A stretch of 64,000 nucleotides of DNA. Source: a virus. Lineage: Duplodnaviria; Caudoviricetes. The first letter of the stretch is position 1, and every line of letters begins with the position of its first letter. Positions 10,369 through 19,274 of the stretch are shown in pieces. The position numbers and the translations under genes are program-made. The stretch spans positions 128,001 through 192,000 of IMG/VR virus record IMGVR_UViG_3300014204_000112; one strand, given 5' to 3'. Below the pieces are notes generated by a model, which did no database searches, was not told where the DNA came from, and was given only the letters and a program-made list of their open reading frames with translations.

Positions 10369-10806
10369 TTAACGATTTGTGTGACCTGGAATGAATACAC
10401 CTCTACCAAGGTCGATGAATTGCAAGGTCTTTCCTGCGAAGGCAAGACCACGTACTTCGTCCGTGAACGATCCAGCGTATTCCGTTGAATGCGTTTTTAT
10501 CCAGCGCTTGTTCATGTGTTCGGCTCGATTGATCTTGATGTCTGGTGTATGATCAAGAACCGTTTCGTAAACAGTGATTGGCGTTCCATTCACAGATACT
10601 GCTTCGCCGACGTATTTCAGGTCGTCAATGTCAATATCGATTCCGGTTTCTTCCATCGTCTCGCGAACGCATGCTGCCTTTTTTGAAGTGTCTTCGGCGT
10701 CCACCTTTCCTCCTGCCAAGCACCAACCGAACGGATTCTTCGCTCTTAGTAAGAAGAGAGTTTCGCCCTTTTCGTTGATGATCCTGTTTACTACTGCGGT
10801 TTTCAT
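10369..10806 (-). CDS. NUDIX hydrolase
   Basis: Nudix box GGKVD...ACVRETMEETG. Confidence 0.9.
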   Translation of the reverse strand: MKTAVVNRIINEKGETLFLLRAKNPFGWCLAGGKVDAEDTSKKAACVRETMEETGIDIDIDDLKYVGEAVSVNGTPITVYETVLDHTPDIKINRAEHMNKRWIKTHSTEYAGSFTDEVRGLAFAGKTLQFIDLGRGVFIPGHTNR

Positions 10807-11057
10807 TTTGGTTCGGTTATTTCAATTTTGTAATCTACTTGAGTAGAAAAGTGTAAAATGGTTTTTTCGATTATTCGCTGACAGATAATAGCATCATTGA
10901 CTGCTGAATCTTCTAAGCCAAGCATCAAAATGATGCTATTATCCATCAGCGAATAGTTTCTAACGTCCTTGTACGAATCGCAAAGGTAATACTCGCCACT
11001 ACTGGTGGACTGTCGTTTGTATATTTTGACTGTCATGATTGTTAGATTATGTGATTA

Positions 11058-11399
11058 CTATACCACAAACGGTTGGTAATCGGTTTCCGTAACTCCACGA
11101 AGTTCTGCCAACATGTTCTGAGCTCCATTGTAGTTCCATGAGTGAATGATTACGATAGGCGGAGGGTTCTTCATTTTAGCAATGTGCTGAGCTACTTCGT
11201 AACCCGTGTTCTCACCGCTCTGTTGGTAAACCTTTCCTCCGAGATCATGGTCCAAGCTGGCCAAGTCGAACTTGATCTTTTTTAAGAGATCGATAGCTTC
11301 CTTGGCAGTTTCAGCTATGTGCAAGTCATGATTTGTTGCCCATCGTTTCTTTATAGCTTCGATGCGATTGTGATCATCGTCCAGGAAAAGTATTTTCAT
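11058..11399 (-). CDS. cyclic-phosphate-processing Receiver-like domain protein
   Basis: LFLDD..R, SLDHDLG, TGYE, IHSWN pattern of this RNA-repair-associated REC family. Confidence 0.75.
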   Translation of the reverse strand: MKILFLDDDHNRIEAIKKRWATNHDLHIAETAKEAIDLLKKIKFDLASLDHDLGGKVYQQSGENTGYEVAQHIAKMKNPPPIVIIHSWNYNGAQNMLAELRGVTETDYQPFVV

Positions 11400-11413
11400 T
11401 GCTTCTTCTTATT

Positions 11414-12093
11414 TTATTGTAACAGGTCTATCTTACCCTTTTGTACGTCCTTCCATCTGCACTGCTTGTTGGTAGAGTGATCCACCACCATTCCATCGAC
11501 TATTCTGTACGTCCTCTTCCTCAATCCCCTACCACTATCTCCGATCTGATCGTTACGGTGATTTCTAATTCTTTCGTCGTGCTTGCTAGTTGCAATCGAC
11601 TTCAGTTTCTCCTCTAACAATTTGTAAGCGAGTTCCTCGTTCTTATTTTGATCTCGAGTTTTTTCGCACCTTATTTGAATGTCAGTTGGAATGTGAGTTA
11701 GTCGAACGCAGCTAGAAACTTTATTGACATTCTGGCCACCCTTCCGCGACTGCGTGTGTATTGCTTATTGATACTATTCATGTCAAGTTTGAATGAAACC
11801 TGGTCATCGGGATTCATTATAGCAACCGTTACGAAACTTGTCTGTATTCTTCCGTTCTTCTCGGTTGGTGGGACTCGTATGAAGCACTGGGAACCGCTTT
11901 CGTTTGAGAAGAACTTGCCTGCGTCATAGCCTTGTATTCATATCGACATGAACCCATCCCTGAGTTCAGTTACTCTTCAATTGTAAGCTTGGTTCTTGCA
12001 CGCTCTGACGTAAATGTTAGTCAGGTCTTCCACTAAAAGTTTTGAGTCATTGCCTCCCTCTGAAGCTCTGATCTCGAGTTTAATCTGTTTCAT
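11414..12093 (-). CDS. short RF1-type peptide chain release factor interrupted by two in-frame TGA codons and a one-base frameshift before GGQ
   Basis: LEIRASEGG, NESG, RVPPTEKNGRIQTS (PxT), GGQNVNKVSSCVRLTHIPT, RTY; TGA at 11977-11979 and 11938-11940; shift near 11743. Confidence 0.8.
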
Positions 12094-12123
12094 TTGTTTG
12101 GCTTTTTTTAATCGCATAAAAAA

Positions 12124-12251
12124 CCGGAGAACATTGGAAAGAGTTGTTTTTGTTGCAAAAAGCGGATTCAAACCGCTGACATATTGTCCCCAAAACAATT
12201 GCCCTATCAGCTGGGCGATTTTCGCGAAGTAACTCTTGACCTTGCTACCGG
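12124..12251 (-). ncRNA. Y-RNA-like RNA 1 enclosing a complete tRNA-Pro(UGG)-like cloverleaf
   Basis: TAGCAA-N5-AGAGTTACTTCG ... CTCT..TTCT closing stem; D, anticodon and T arms in normal order. Confidence 0.75.
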
Positions 12252-12268
12252 ATTTCTTAAATTCAATT

Positions 12269-12469
12269 TCAAACCATGAGTTTGAAAATTCGCAGGTGAT
12301 TCAACAACTGCTCGTTACCCATCCATTCTGCATACCCATCAGCTTTTTGATAAGCTTCGTGAATGTTCAGGGCTTTCACGTAAAAGTGTAGAACTTCACC
12401 GCTCGTAAGGGTGATGTCTACCAGCCAATACTTGAGAGGCTGTTTCGGTTTTTCAGTTTGTGTTTTCAT
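12269..12469 (-). CDS. hypothetical protein
   Basis: ORF track, 66 aa between two Y-like RNAs. Confidence 0.5.
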   Translation of the reverse strand: MKTQTEKPKQPLKYWLVDITLTSGEVLHFYVKALNIHEAYQKADGYAEWMGNEQLLNHLRIFKLMV

Positions 12470-12530
12470 ATTGTCAGAACGATCTGACTCTACGAACTGT
12501 TGATTCTCTTCATGGTTTTTAATAAGTTTT

Positions 12531-12656
12531 TGGGAGAATGGGACAAGGGCTTTACGCCTCTCGGCGTTCGGCCGGACTTGAACCGGCGATCCATTGTGTT
12601 GCGAACAATTGCTTAAACCAACTAAGCTACGAAGTATCCCTACGCGTTGCTACCCA
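12531..12656 (-). ncRNA. Y-RNA-like RNA 2 enclosing a tRNA-like module (GCA loop)
   Basis: TAGCAA-N5-AGGGATACTTCG ... CCCT..TTCT (compensatory change); GGTTCAAGTCC T arm. Confidence 0.75.
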
Positions 12657-12671
12657 AATATTTTTAATGTC

Positions 12672-12682
12672 TTCAAAGAACA
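12672..12682 (-). promoter_or_regulatory. boxA-like antitermination element
   Basis: TGTTCTTTGAA just 5' of Y-like RNA 2. Confidence 0.45.
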
Positions 12683-12743
12683 AAGAAACCGTCGACTACT
12701 TTTCGAGGGAGGTACTTCATCTAATTTCCCTGTGTCCCCCTAG

Positions 12744-13129
12744 TATAAACCTCCGATTGATTCGGTAACGCATTTCTGCGCCTACGCATAGCGACGACCC
12801 GTTAGGGTGCATTTAAGACACCTCGATTTCAGCCAGCCATTTTTTAGCCCAACCTTTAACCTTCTGAATGTCGCTATACGTTTGCATGTCAACCAATTTC
12901 AAGTACCTCATAGCGTTGCACCTAAAATGATTATCATTATCAAGCCAAATATTTATAGCTCCATTGTCTCCAGCAGCGGTTACCGCTAATTCGGTTGTAA
13001 TTTTTTTTACTTGAAAAGCCTTATTAATAAAAATGGCTTTAGTCTCTTTTCTGTTTGTCCCTTCTAAATTATTAAGTGTTACCATAATTATGAACCTCCA
13101 ATTGATTCAGTAATGCATTATTGCACCTA
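12744..13129. repeat. 41-bp imperfect direct repeat (12744-12784 and 13089-13129) flanking an AT-rich 90-aa ORF (12813-13085, - strand)
   Basis: 34/41 identity by manual alignment. Confidence 0.7.
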
Positions 13130-13223
13130 AGCTACTTACCGTCTCACCTTTTCGGTTCAACAGCAATCCCGTTGTTTATCTTACTCCCACCTCGTCAGCG
13201 GTTTCAAAGAATTATTTATTTTT

Positions 13224-13332
13224 GAGGAGTGGCCAGAATTGAACTAGCAATCCGATTCAGCTTTTCCGAAGCCTTACTAACTTACCTAGGCTTTTAGCAG
13301 GTCCTTCGGGACTGTTTCGGCCCTTTTACTCC
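13224..13332 (-). ncRNA. tRNA-like structured RNA downstream of the TROVE gene
   Basis: GGAGT/ACTCC end pairing, T arm GCTAGTTCAATTCTGGC, non-tRNA core. Confidence 0.5.
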
Positions 13333-13337
13333 ATGCG

Positions 13338-13371
13338 AAAAAAACGAGGCCGGCCTGGAACCGGCCTCGGT
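13338..13371 (-). terminator. intrinsic terminator after the TROVE gene
   Basis: CGAGGCCGG/CCGGCCTCG hairpin followed by T7. Confidence 0.8.
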
Positions 13372-13380
13372 TAGTGAGTG

Positions 13381-15009
13381 TTAGATTACGATCTTACGTA
13401 CCTTGTCCAGGTGGTATGTAGGATTGAATTCGACGTTGGCGATGTCGTCGAACATCGAGAAGCCGTAACCGTAGTAGAAACGGACCTTGTCACCGATCAG
13501 CTGAGTTGTGCCGTAGGATGCCAAGTCTACAGAGTAGACGTATGGGTTTCCGACGTTCCTCAGGTAGTTCGTGTACGAAGAGTACGTGTTTCCACGGTTG
13601 CATTCGTTGTCAGAGAGGATGAACACCCTGTCGTACGCCTTTCCGGAACGTGCTGCCAGATCCCAAGCGGTGCTTAGGTTGGTTCCACCAAGGTTAGCAT
13701 TGAACGACCTTGCGATCGAGAATACGTCCTGGTTTGCGTTCCATGGGGTGAAGTGAGCGCTCGATCCGAACTGAATAACGTCAGCATTGGTTGCCTTCGC
13801 GATTGTTGCTCCGATCAAGGATGCCTTGTCAGCACATGACGTTGAGTACTGAGTCTTCCTGTTAGGGTCGACCATCTTCGTGGTCATGGATCCGGACCTG
13901 TCGATGATAACGAGGTTCCTTCCTGGCAATGCTTCCGCAAGGTTTGGAACGGATGCTTCGTAACCGATCAACAGTGCCTGTGCGATCTTCCTTCCGTCCA
14001 TCTTCGAGCCGAATTCTGCGAGCAGAATTTCGCCGGCCATGTCGATCTGGTAAGGCATGATCTTTGCCTGCCTGATAAGGTTTGGGTCCGACAGAACTGC
14101 GCACAGCTTGTCAATCGTTGCACGATCGGAGACCGTGTTCAGAATGCTCCTGATGTTACGCAGAGCTGCAAGAGTACCGAGCTTACCTTCGGTCAACAGA
14201 GCTCCCCAGTTTTCAGCCTTAGCTTCCTTGAGGATTTCTGCACCTTCAGCCTTGGTGATCTTACCTGCCTTTACGGCCTTTGCAACTTCCTGACCTGCGT
14301 CAGAGTTAGCAACTTCCCAGGTGTCGGCGGATACAGCCAAGCCCTTGATAACGGCATCGATTGCAGATACCCTTTCGCCCTTGAATTCAACGAATGCCCT
14401 CGACTGCTTTGGGTCAGGGTGAACGAGGTTGATAACGTCGATCAATGCTGACTTGTACTTCAGGATCGAGTATGCGTCGAGCCTTTCGATTGCATCAGCA
14501 AAACCCTTCTTCATAGAGTTGGTTGCCTTCGTCTTGTTCATAACCGAGAAACAGGCGATGATTTCGGCCATGTCGTCCGGACGGAAAATGGTTCCACCAG
14601 ACTGGTTCTTCTTGTTCCACAGTGAGTAGAACCTCTTCGCCCATTCGAGACCAGCGCAGTAAGGAGCGAGGTAGCTTGCTGCGAGGTGGTTGATCGACCT
14701 CATACCTTCACCAACGCAACGTGAGTACACGATGCACTGTGCGGTTAGGTAAGGATCTTCCTTTGCACAGGCAGTAACGATTCCCTTGAGTTCCCTCATG
14801 GTTTCATTTTCTGACCTGTAGAACTGGTTTTCCAGCTTCAAGGTGTTGAGCATTGTGATCAGTCTCAACCACTTGTCGATCGCATAAGCCGCGTGGCCCG
14901 AACGATTGACAGTGTTAGGCGTAGGAACTGCGTTAGCAGCTACTAACTTCGCCTTAGGTGCCGTCTTGGCAAGCTTAGTACGAAGATTTGCGTTTCTGAA
15001 CTTTGTCAT
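13381..15009 (-). CDS. TROVE/Ro60 (Rsr-like) RNA-binding protein with C-terminal vWA domain
   Basis: N-terminal NRSG..AY and FY motifs, ALRNI, IIDRSGSM MIDAS, GGTN, ILSDNE, VDLASYGT. Confidence 0.9.
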   Translation of the reverse strand: MTKFRNANLRTKLAKTAPKAKLVAANAVPTPNTVNRSGHAAYAIDKWLRLITMLNTLKLENQFYRSENETMRELKGIVTACAKEDPYLTAQCIVYSRCVGEGMRSINHLAASYLAPYCAGLEWAKRFYSLWNKKNQSGGTIFRPDDMAEIIACFSVMNKTKATNSMKKGFADAIERLDAYSILKYKSALIDVINLVHPDPKQSRAFVEFKGERVSAIDAVIKGLAVSADTWEVANSDAGQEVAKAVKAGKITKAEGAEILKEAKAENWGALLTEGKLGTLAALRNIRSILNTVSDRATIDKLCAVLSDPNLIRQAKIMPYQIDMAGEILLAEFGSKMDGRKIAQALLIGYEASVPNLAEALPGRNLVIIDRSGSMTTKMVDPNRKTQYSTSCADKASLIGATIAKATNADVIQFGSSAHFTPWNANQDVFSIARSFNANLGGTNLSTAWDLAARSGKAYDRVFILSDNECNRGNTYSSYTNYLRNVGNPYVYSVDLASYGTTQLIGDKVRFYYGYGFSMFDDIANVEFNPTYHLDKVRKIVI

Positions 15010-15051
15010 TTCAGTATCGGTTTTTTTAGTTGTTTTACTTTACTCTTTTTA

Positions 15052-15612
15052 CTACTCATTGGTCTCTTCGCGCGAAAATATTCCAATATCTTTTTTCCTA
15101 CGGTGCTTTGCACTTTCGGACATTTTTGCTTTAGTTTCAGGCGAATGGGTTCTTCCTGTCCAATCGCACGGTTTTATTTTTCCTTCTTTATGCAAGCGTT
15201 TGAAAATATCGGAATTTCTGTCTTTTACTTCTTTTCTAAATTCCGGATCTTCTTTTAATTTTTTTGATCTAGCAAATCCGCCTGCTACTGCTCCTTTTTT
15301 ACAACCTTTCGGCGAAATAAATCCGCCGCCGCCGCCATTAACCAAATTCATACATAATCGGTCAGTTAGAAGCTCTTCATTTACCAATTGGTGTTCTCTG
15401 TCTTTCAGTTGTTCCAAATTGGGTAAAAATTCTAAGATTTCCTTAGTATGATTTTCCAATCCGTACTTATTGATAGAGTACTTTAGTTTTCTACCGCTTC
15501 CCATGTAACCATCATGTATATTTGAGGTTGCATGCATTCCTATGTAATACTTTTCAGTTACTTTACAAGTAATTTTGTAAATGTAAAAGATTGAATTAGG
15601 TTTTCTTGGCAT
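15052..15612 (-). CDS. GIY-YIG (Seg-like) endonuclease
   Basis: YIYKITC...YYIGMH, YMGSG, NUMOD3-like GRTHSPET. Confidence 0.85.
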   Translation of the reverse strand: MPRKPNSIFYIYKITCKVTEKYYIGMHATSNIHDGYMGSGRKLKYSINKYGLENHTKEILEFLPNLEQLKDREHQLVNEELLTDRLCMNLVNGGGGGFISPKGCKKGAVAGGFARSKKLKEDPEFRKEVKDRNSDIFKRLHKEGKIKPCDWTGRTHSPETKAKMSESAKHRRKKDIGIFSREETNE

Positions 15613-15667
15613 TTGTGTTCCATATTTTGGATTATTTATCCATCATTAGGTACACAAAATACCAGTG

Positions 15668-15742
15668 AGGCAAGGATGGGATTCGAACCCATGACTTTAC
15701 TGTTTTGCAGACAGTCCCCTTTGACCACTCGAGCACCTTGCC
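15668..15742 (-). tRNA. tRNA-Cys (GCA)
   Basis: Cloverleaf, ctGCAaa. Confidence 0.9.
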
Positions 15743-15755
15743 GTGCTTTACTCAG

Positions 15756-15829
15756 TATCCGCGGAGGGACTCGAACCCCCAACCCTTTGATCCGTAGTCA
15801 AAAGCTCTATCCAATTGAGCTACGCGGAC
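15756..15829 (-). tRNA. tRNA-Arg (ACG)
   Basis: Cloverleaf, ctACGga. Confidence 0.9.
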
Positions 15830-15845
15830 ATGTATTCTTTATTAG

Positions 15846-15917
15846 TAGCCAGCAAGCGAATCGAACGCTTATCTCAAGTTCCGGAAACTTGCGTTCTATC
15901 CGTTGAACTAGTCGGCC
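15846..15917 (-). tRNA. tRNA-Arg (CCG)
   Basis: Cloverleaf, ttCCGga. Confidence 0.85.
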
Positions 15918-15935
15918 ATATCATCTTGGGAAATG

Positions 15936-16011
15936 TGGTGGGATCGGAGGGAATCGAACCCTCAACCCCCTGATTAAGAGTCAGGTGCTCTGCCTGTTAA
16001 GCTACGAACCC
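15936..16011 (-). tRNA. tRNA-Lys (CTT)
   Basis: Cloverleaf, ctCTTaa, encoded CCA. Confidence 0.9.
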
Positions 16012-16019
16012 ATATTTAT

Positions 16020-16095
16020 TGGTGACCCAGGAAGGACTCGAACCTTCGACCCACAGCTTAGAAGGCTGTTGCTCTATCCACTGAGCTACAAGGCC
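16020..16095 (-). tRNA. tRNA-Arg (TCT)
   Basis: Cloverleaf, ctTCTaa, encoded CCA. Confidence 0.9.
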
Positions 16096-16106
16096 GGATT
16101 TTTTCG

Positions 16107-16181
16107 TGGTAGCCCAACCGAGAATCGAACTCGGATCTAAAGTTTAGGAAACTTCTATTCTATCCGTTGAACTATCAGGCC
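16107..16181 (-). tRNA. tRNA-Arg (CCT)
   Basis: Cloverleaf, ttCCTaa, encoded CCA. Confidence 0.9.
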
Positions 16182-16241
16182 ATATTTCTCGTTTACCTGG
16201 ATGATCCAGGCGGGATTATCTTGTGATAGTCACTGTAACTA

Positions 16242-16538
16242 TCATTCGATTACCTTCTGCCATTTGGCTAACTTCGTTTCGATCATTGATTTTATCTGAT
16301 CTTTCGACATTCCGATTCGAGTCATGAATGCAAGTATTACCAGTAGGACGTCGACTGCTTCTTCTCCAACATCTTCGATGCTCTTGTTCTTGTACTCGCA
16401 ACCGCATGCTTTTTCGTACGATAGAAGAGCTTCGGCAACTTCGCCGGATTCTTCCATCAGCTTCAGAAGCAACTGCGATGCAGTCTTGCCCTCTTTGGTT
16501 CTTGACACTTCCATTATTTTGTCGATCAATTCTTCCAT
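16242..16538 (-). CDS. MazG-like nucleotide pyrophosphohydrolase
   Basis: KLMEESGEVAEA...EEAVDV. Confidence 0.85.
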   Translation of the reverse strand: MEELIDKIMEVSRTKEGKTASQLLLKLMEESGEVAEALLSYEKACGCEYKNKSIEDVGEEAVDVLLVILAFMTRIGMSKDQIKSMIETKLAKWQKVIE

Positions 16539-16567
16539 GTTAACGATTTTTGATCTATTATACTGAG

Positions 16568-16606
16568 CGGAGGATGAGAGGCTCGAACTCTCGCGGCTTT
16601 TACACC
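16568..16606 (-). pseudogene. 3' half of a tRNA-Ser-like gene
   Basis: Variable arm, T arm (GAGAGTTCGAGCCTCTC) and 3' acceptor strand only. Confidence 0.55.
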
Positions 16607-16618
16607 ATTTACTTTTTG

Positions 16619-16707
16619 CGGCAGAGAGAGGATTCGAACCTCCGGGCCAGTTTTCACCGACCGACAGTTTAGCAAACTGCTACCTTAAACCTCTCGGTCA
16701 CTCTACC
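16619..16707 (-). tRNA. tRNA-Ser (GCT)
   Basis: ttGCTaa, long variable arm. Confidence 0.9.
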
Positions 16708-17356
16708 GTATAATATGTTTATCGATTAAAACTAGTTTATCCCATATTTCTAAATTACCAGTAAATTGACTCCATTTACTGCGGTCAAGTTCTGTAATAT
16801 ATCCTTTAACCTCAATAAACGTATTTGTCTCTAACAAATAAAAATCTGGGCAATATGTTCTGTTTTTACCAGTTGAATCTGTATAATCAAATCGTTTTTT
16901 ATTTCGTATCCATTTAACATTATGACTATCCAAAAATTTGGCAACCGCTAATTCCCATGAACCATCTAACTTAACAACTCCAGCAATAGGACTAACGTAA
17001 TCAATTTTAACTGTTCTGCCGGCTTTTGATTCCCAACCATTTGCATATCGTCGTTTCATTTCTTCACTGCGTTGTTCGCAGAAAATAGACGACATTTGTC
17101 GACCTGCTATTTTGCTAGATAATAATTTTTTAGTTTCAGGCTTATGGTGTCTACCTTTCCAAGTAGATCCATCATTTAATTTTTTAAAATGACTTGTTCG
17201 TATCCCACTATCATATTGTTCTTTGAGTTTAATTGTTATTTTTTCTCCAATTTTAGACTTAACGTCAGAACACAACTGATAATTTGGCATGCAGCAAACC
17301 TTTCCATTTTTCAATGTAAATTTTGCTTCTTCTTTTTGACAATACGAACACAGCAT
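16703..17356 (-). CDS. PD-(D/E)xK endonuclease
   Basis: GSWE, YCPDFYL, FIEVKG. Confidence 0.8.
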   Translation of the reverse strand: MLCSYCQKEEAKFTLKNGKVCCMPNYQLCSDVKSKIGEKITIKLKEQYDSGIRTSHFKKLNDGSTWKGRHHKPETKKLLSSKIAGRQMSSIFCEQRSEEMKRRYANGWESKAGRTVKIDYVSPIAGVVKLDGSWELAVAKFLDSHNVKWIRNKKRFDYTDSTGKNRTYCPDFYLLETNTFIEVKGYITELDRSKWSQFTGNLEIWDKLVLIDKHIIR

Positions 17357-17392
17357 ACGTTTTTATTTATTTATACTGGCCCCATAAGTAAA

Positions 17393-17550
17393 AAAGCAAA
17401 GAATGTTTCAAACAGCGTTTTTCTAATAGCGCTCTAGCCGTTGAGCTATCTGGGCATGGTCTTAAAAATTAGAGCCCAGAGCCGGATTCGAACCGACAAC
17501 CTCTCTCTTGGAATGAGAATCGAAGTAACTGTTCAGATTACTATTGCTTT
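17393..17550 (-). ncRNA. Y-RNA-like RNA 3, YrlA-type permuted order (T arm, looped acceptor stem, D arm)
   Basis: TAGTAA-N5-ACAGTTACTTCG ... CTGT..TTCT; GGTTCGAATCC, then TCTGGGC/GCCCAGA, then TAGCTCAACGGCTAGAGC. Confidence 0.8.
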
Positions 17551-18229
17551 ATTTTTTAATTTCGTATTGTTTTAATTCCGCTTCTCTCCAGATTTCCAAC
17601 TCATTATTTTTCAATACCTCAGTCCATTTGAGAAGATCAGTATCTTTTACATATCCTTTAGTTTCAACATAATAGAAGGATCCGTCATTTCTAAAAACCT
17701 TAAAATCCAAAAGATAGCTGTGAGATTTCCCATCCAAGCCAATATATTGAATTCGATCGTTAGTGTATTCCCAATCAAATATTGTTTTCTGTTCTTTCCA
17801 TCTGTCTAAGATTTTACATGCTCGCAATTCGTATGTACCTTGAATTTTGATGTCCTTGTAAACAAACCATTTTGTTTTTCCACCATATACCATTTTTCCA
17901 GAAGAGTACAGAGATTTTATCGCTTTGGACAAATTTAGTTTACGTTCGTCGCTAAATGAACAATGTGTATTTGTATAGATTTGTTGACAAGTTCGCGAAC
18001 AAAATTGAGATTGCCGTTTGGTCCACGGTCTAGAAAATTCATTTTTGCAATTTTTACAAATGATAATCAAGGATGGATGACCAGATCCCTTTAATTTGGT
18101 TGAAACTTTTTTGTTTATTAATTCTCTTTTTTCTTTTGAACTAAATCCACGTGAGCATTTTATTGAACAAAAACGACCACTTCCAAATGAACCATTGTGC
18201 TCTGTGCCACAATATTCGCAAGATTTCAT
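17549..18229 (-). CDS. PD-(D/E)xK (TnsA-N-like) endonuclease with Zn ribbons
   Basis: CEYC, FCS..C repeats, YLLDFKV, YVETKG. Confidence 0.8.
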   Translation of the reverse strand: MKSCEYCGTEHNGSFGSGRFCSIKCSRGFSSKEKRELINKKVSTKLKGSGHPSLIIICKNCKNEFSRPWTKRQSQFCSRTCQQIYTNTHCSFSDERKLNLSKAIKSLYSSGKMVYGGKTKWFVYKDIKIQGTYELRACKILDRWKEQKTIFDWEYTNDRIQYIGLDGKSHSYLLDFKVFRNDGSFYYVETKGYVKDTDLLKWTEVLKNNELEIWREAELKQYEIKK

Positions 18230-18291
18230 AAGATTTTATTTTTTTTTCTTATTTATCTTCGAACCTTCGACTTTTTGAGCCATCTAAAATG

Positions 18292-18367
18292 TGGGTGTCT
18301 AACCAGATTCGAACTGGTACTAAAAGTGCCACAAACTTTCGTGCTAACCATTAACACTATAAACACC
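18292..18367 (-). tRNA. tRNA-His (GTG)
   Basis: ttGTGgc, G-1 present. Confidence 0.9.
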
Positions 18368-18438
18368 ATGTAAAAAAATGCTTCTCGGATTACCTTACGG
18401 CATGTGTCCCGATAGTTCTGTATGCACGAAGCATTGTG

Positions 18439-18520
18439 TACCCAATGAGGGACTCGAACCCTCACGCCTTTCGACACTGGTTCCTAAAACCAGCGCGTCT
18501 ACCAGTTCCGCCAAATGGGC
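18439..18520 (-). tRNA. tRNA-Leu (TAG)
   Basis: ttTAGga, long variable arm. Confidence 0.9.
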
Positions 18521-18525
18521 ATGTG

Positions 18526-18609
18526 TACTCATAGTCGGACTCGAACCGACACGTCCATACGAACACTGCGCCCTGAACGCAGCGCGTCTACCAGTTCCGC
18601 CATACGAGC
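18526..18609 (-). tRNA. tRNA-Leu (CAG)
   Basis: ttCAGgg, long variable arm. Confidence 0.9.
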
Positions 18610-18614
18610 ATTTG

Positions 18615-18697
18615 TACCCGAGAGGGGACTTGAACCACTACGTCAAATTGACACATGGCCCTCAACCATGCGCGTCTACCAGTTCCGCCACCCGGGC
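18615..18697 (-). tRNA. tRNA-Leu (GAG)
   Basis: ttGAGgg, long variable arm. Confidence 0.9.
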
Positions 18698-18980
18698 AGG
18701 TGATTCGGTTTCGAGGAGAGCCTCCTACTCTCTTCCATCACCGTTATTACGAACGGTTAAAATGTCTCGAAGAGCTTTTCACATGCGCACCGTACTTCCA
18801 CTTTTTACATTTCCATACTTGTTATGCTACAGCTCCATTGAACATTAAAGGATAGCGTCCCATGCAACTCGAAACCCCCATCGTAGGTTTTTACTCTAAA
18901 GCTCGCAGAAGCTAGAGAGCCGTTAATTACTTTGGGATTTTGTTTGGATCTGCGGTCCAAACAACTTTACTTTTATCGTG

Positions 18981-19065
18981 CGGAAAATGAAGGATTCGAA
19001 CCTCCGGACCCTTGCGGATCAACTGTTTTCGAGGCAGCCCCGATCGACCACTCCGGCAATTTTCC
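18981..19065 (-). tRNA. tRNA-Ser (CGA)
   Basis: ctCGAaa, long variable arm. Confidence 0.9.
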
Positions 19066-19072
19066 ATGTACT

Positions 19073-19160
19073 TGGCGGAAGAGGAGGGATTCGAACCCCC
19101 GGACCCTTTCAGATCTCCAGTTTTCAAGGCTGGCGCAATCGACCGCTCTACCACTCTTCC
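19073..19160 (-). tRNA. tRNA-Ser (TGA)
   Basis: ctTGAaa, long variable arm, CCA. Confidence 0.9.
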
Positions 19161-19176
19161 GAATTTTTTGTTTTGG

Positions 19177-19250
19177 TGGCAGTCCCGCCAGGATTCGAAC
19201 CTAGACCAAGAGAACCAAAATCTCTTGTACTGCCGTTACACTACGAGACC
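19177..19250 (-). tRNA. tRNA-Gln (TTG)
   Basis: ttTTGgt, CCA. Confidence 0.9.
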
Positions 19251-19274
19251 GTGTAACTTACTGTTGCTTTCTTT

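Noticed and set aside
11741-11746. Confident call of a programmed -1 frameshift in the release factor
   Set aside because: No canonical X XXY YYZ slippery heptamer. Other apparent single-base indels in homopolymers (near 3155, 37250 and 58503) suggest possible assembly errors, so it is left unresolved.
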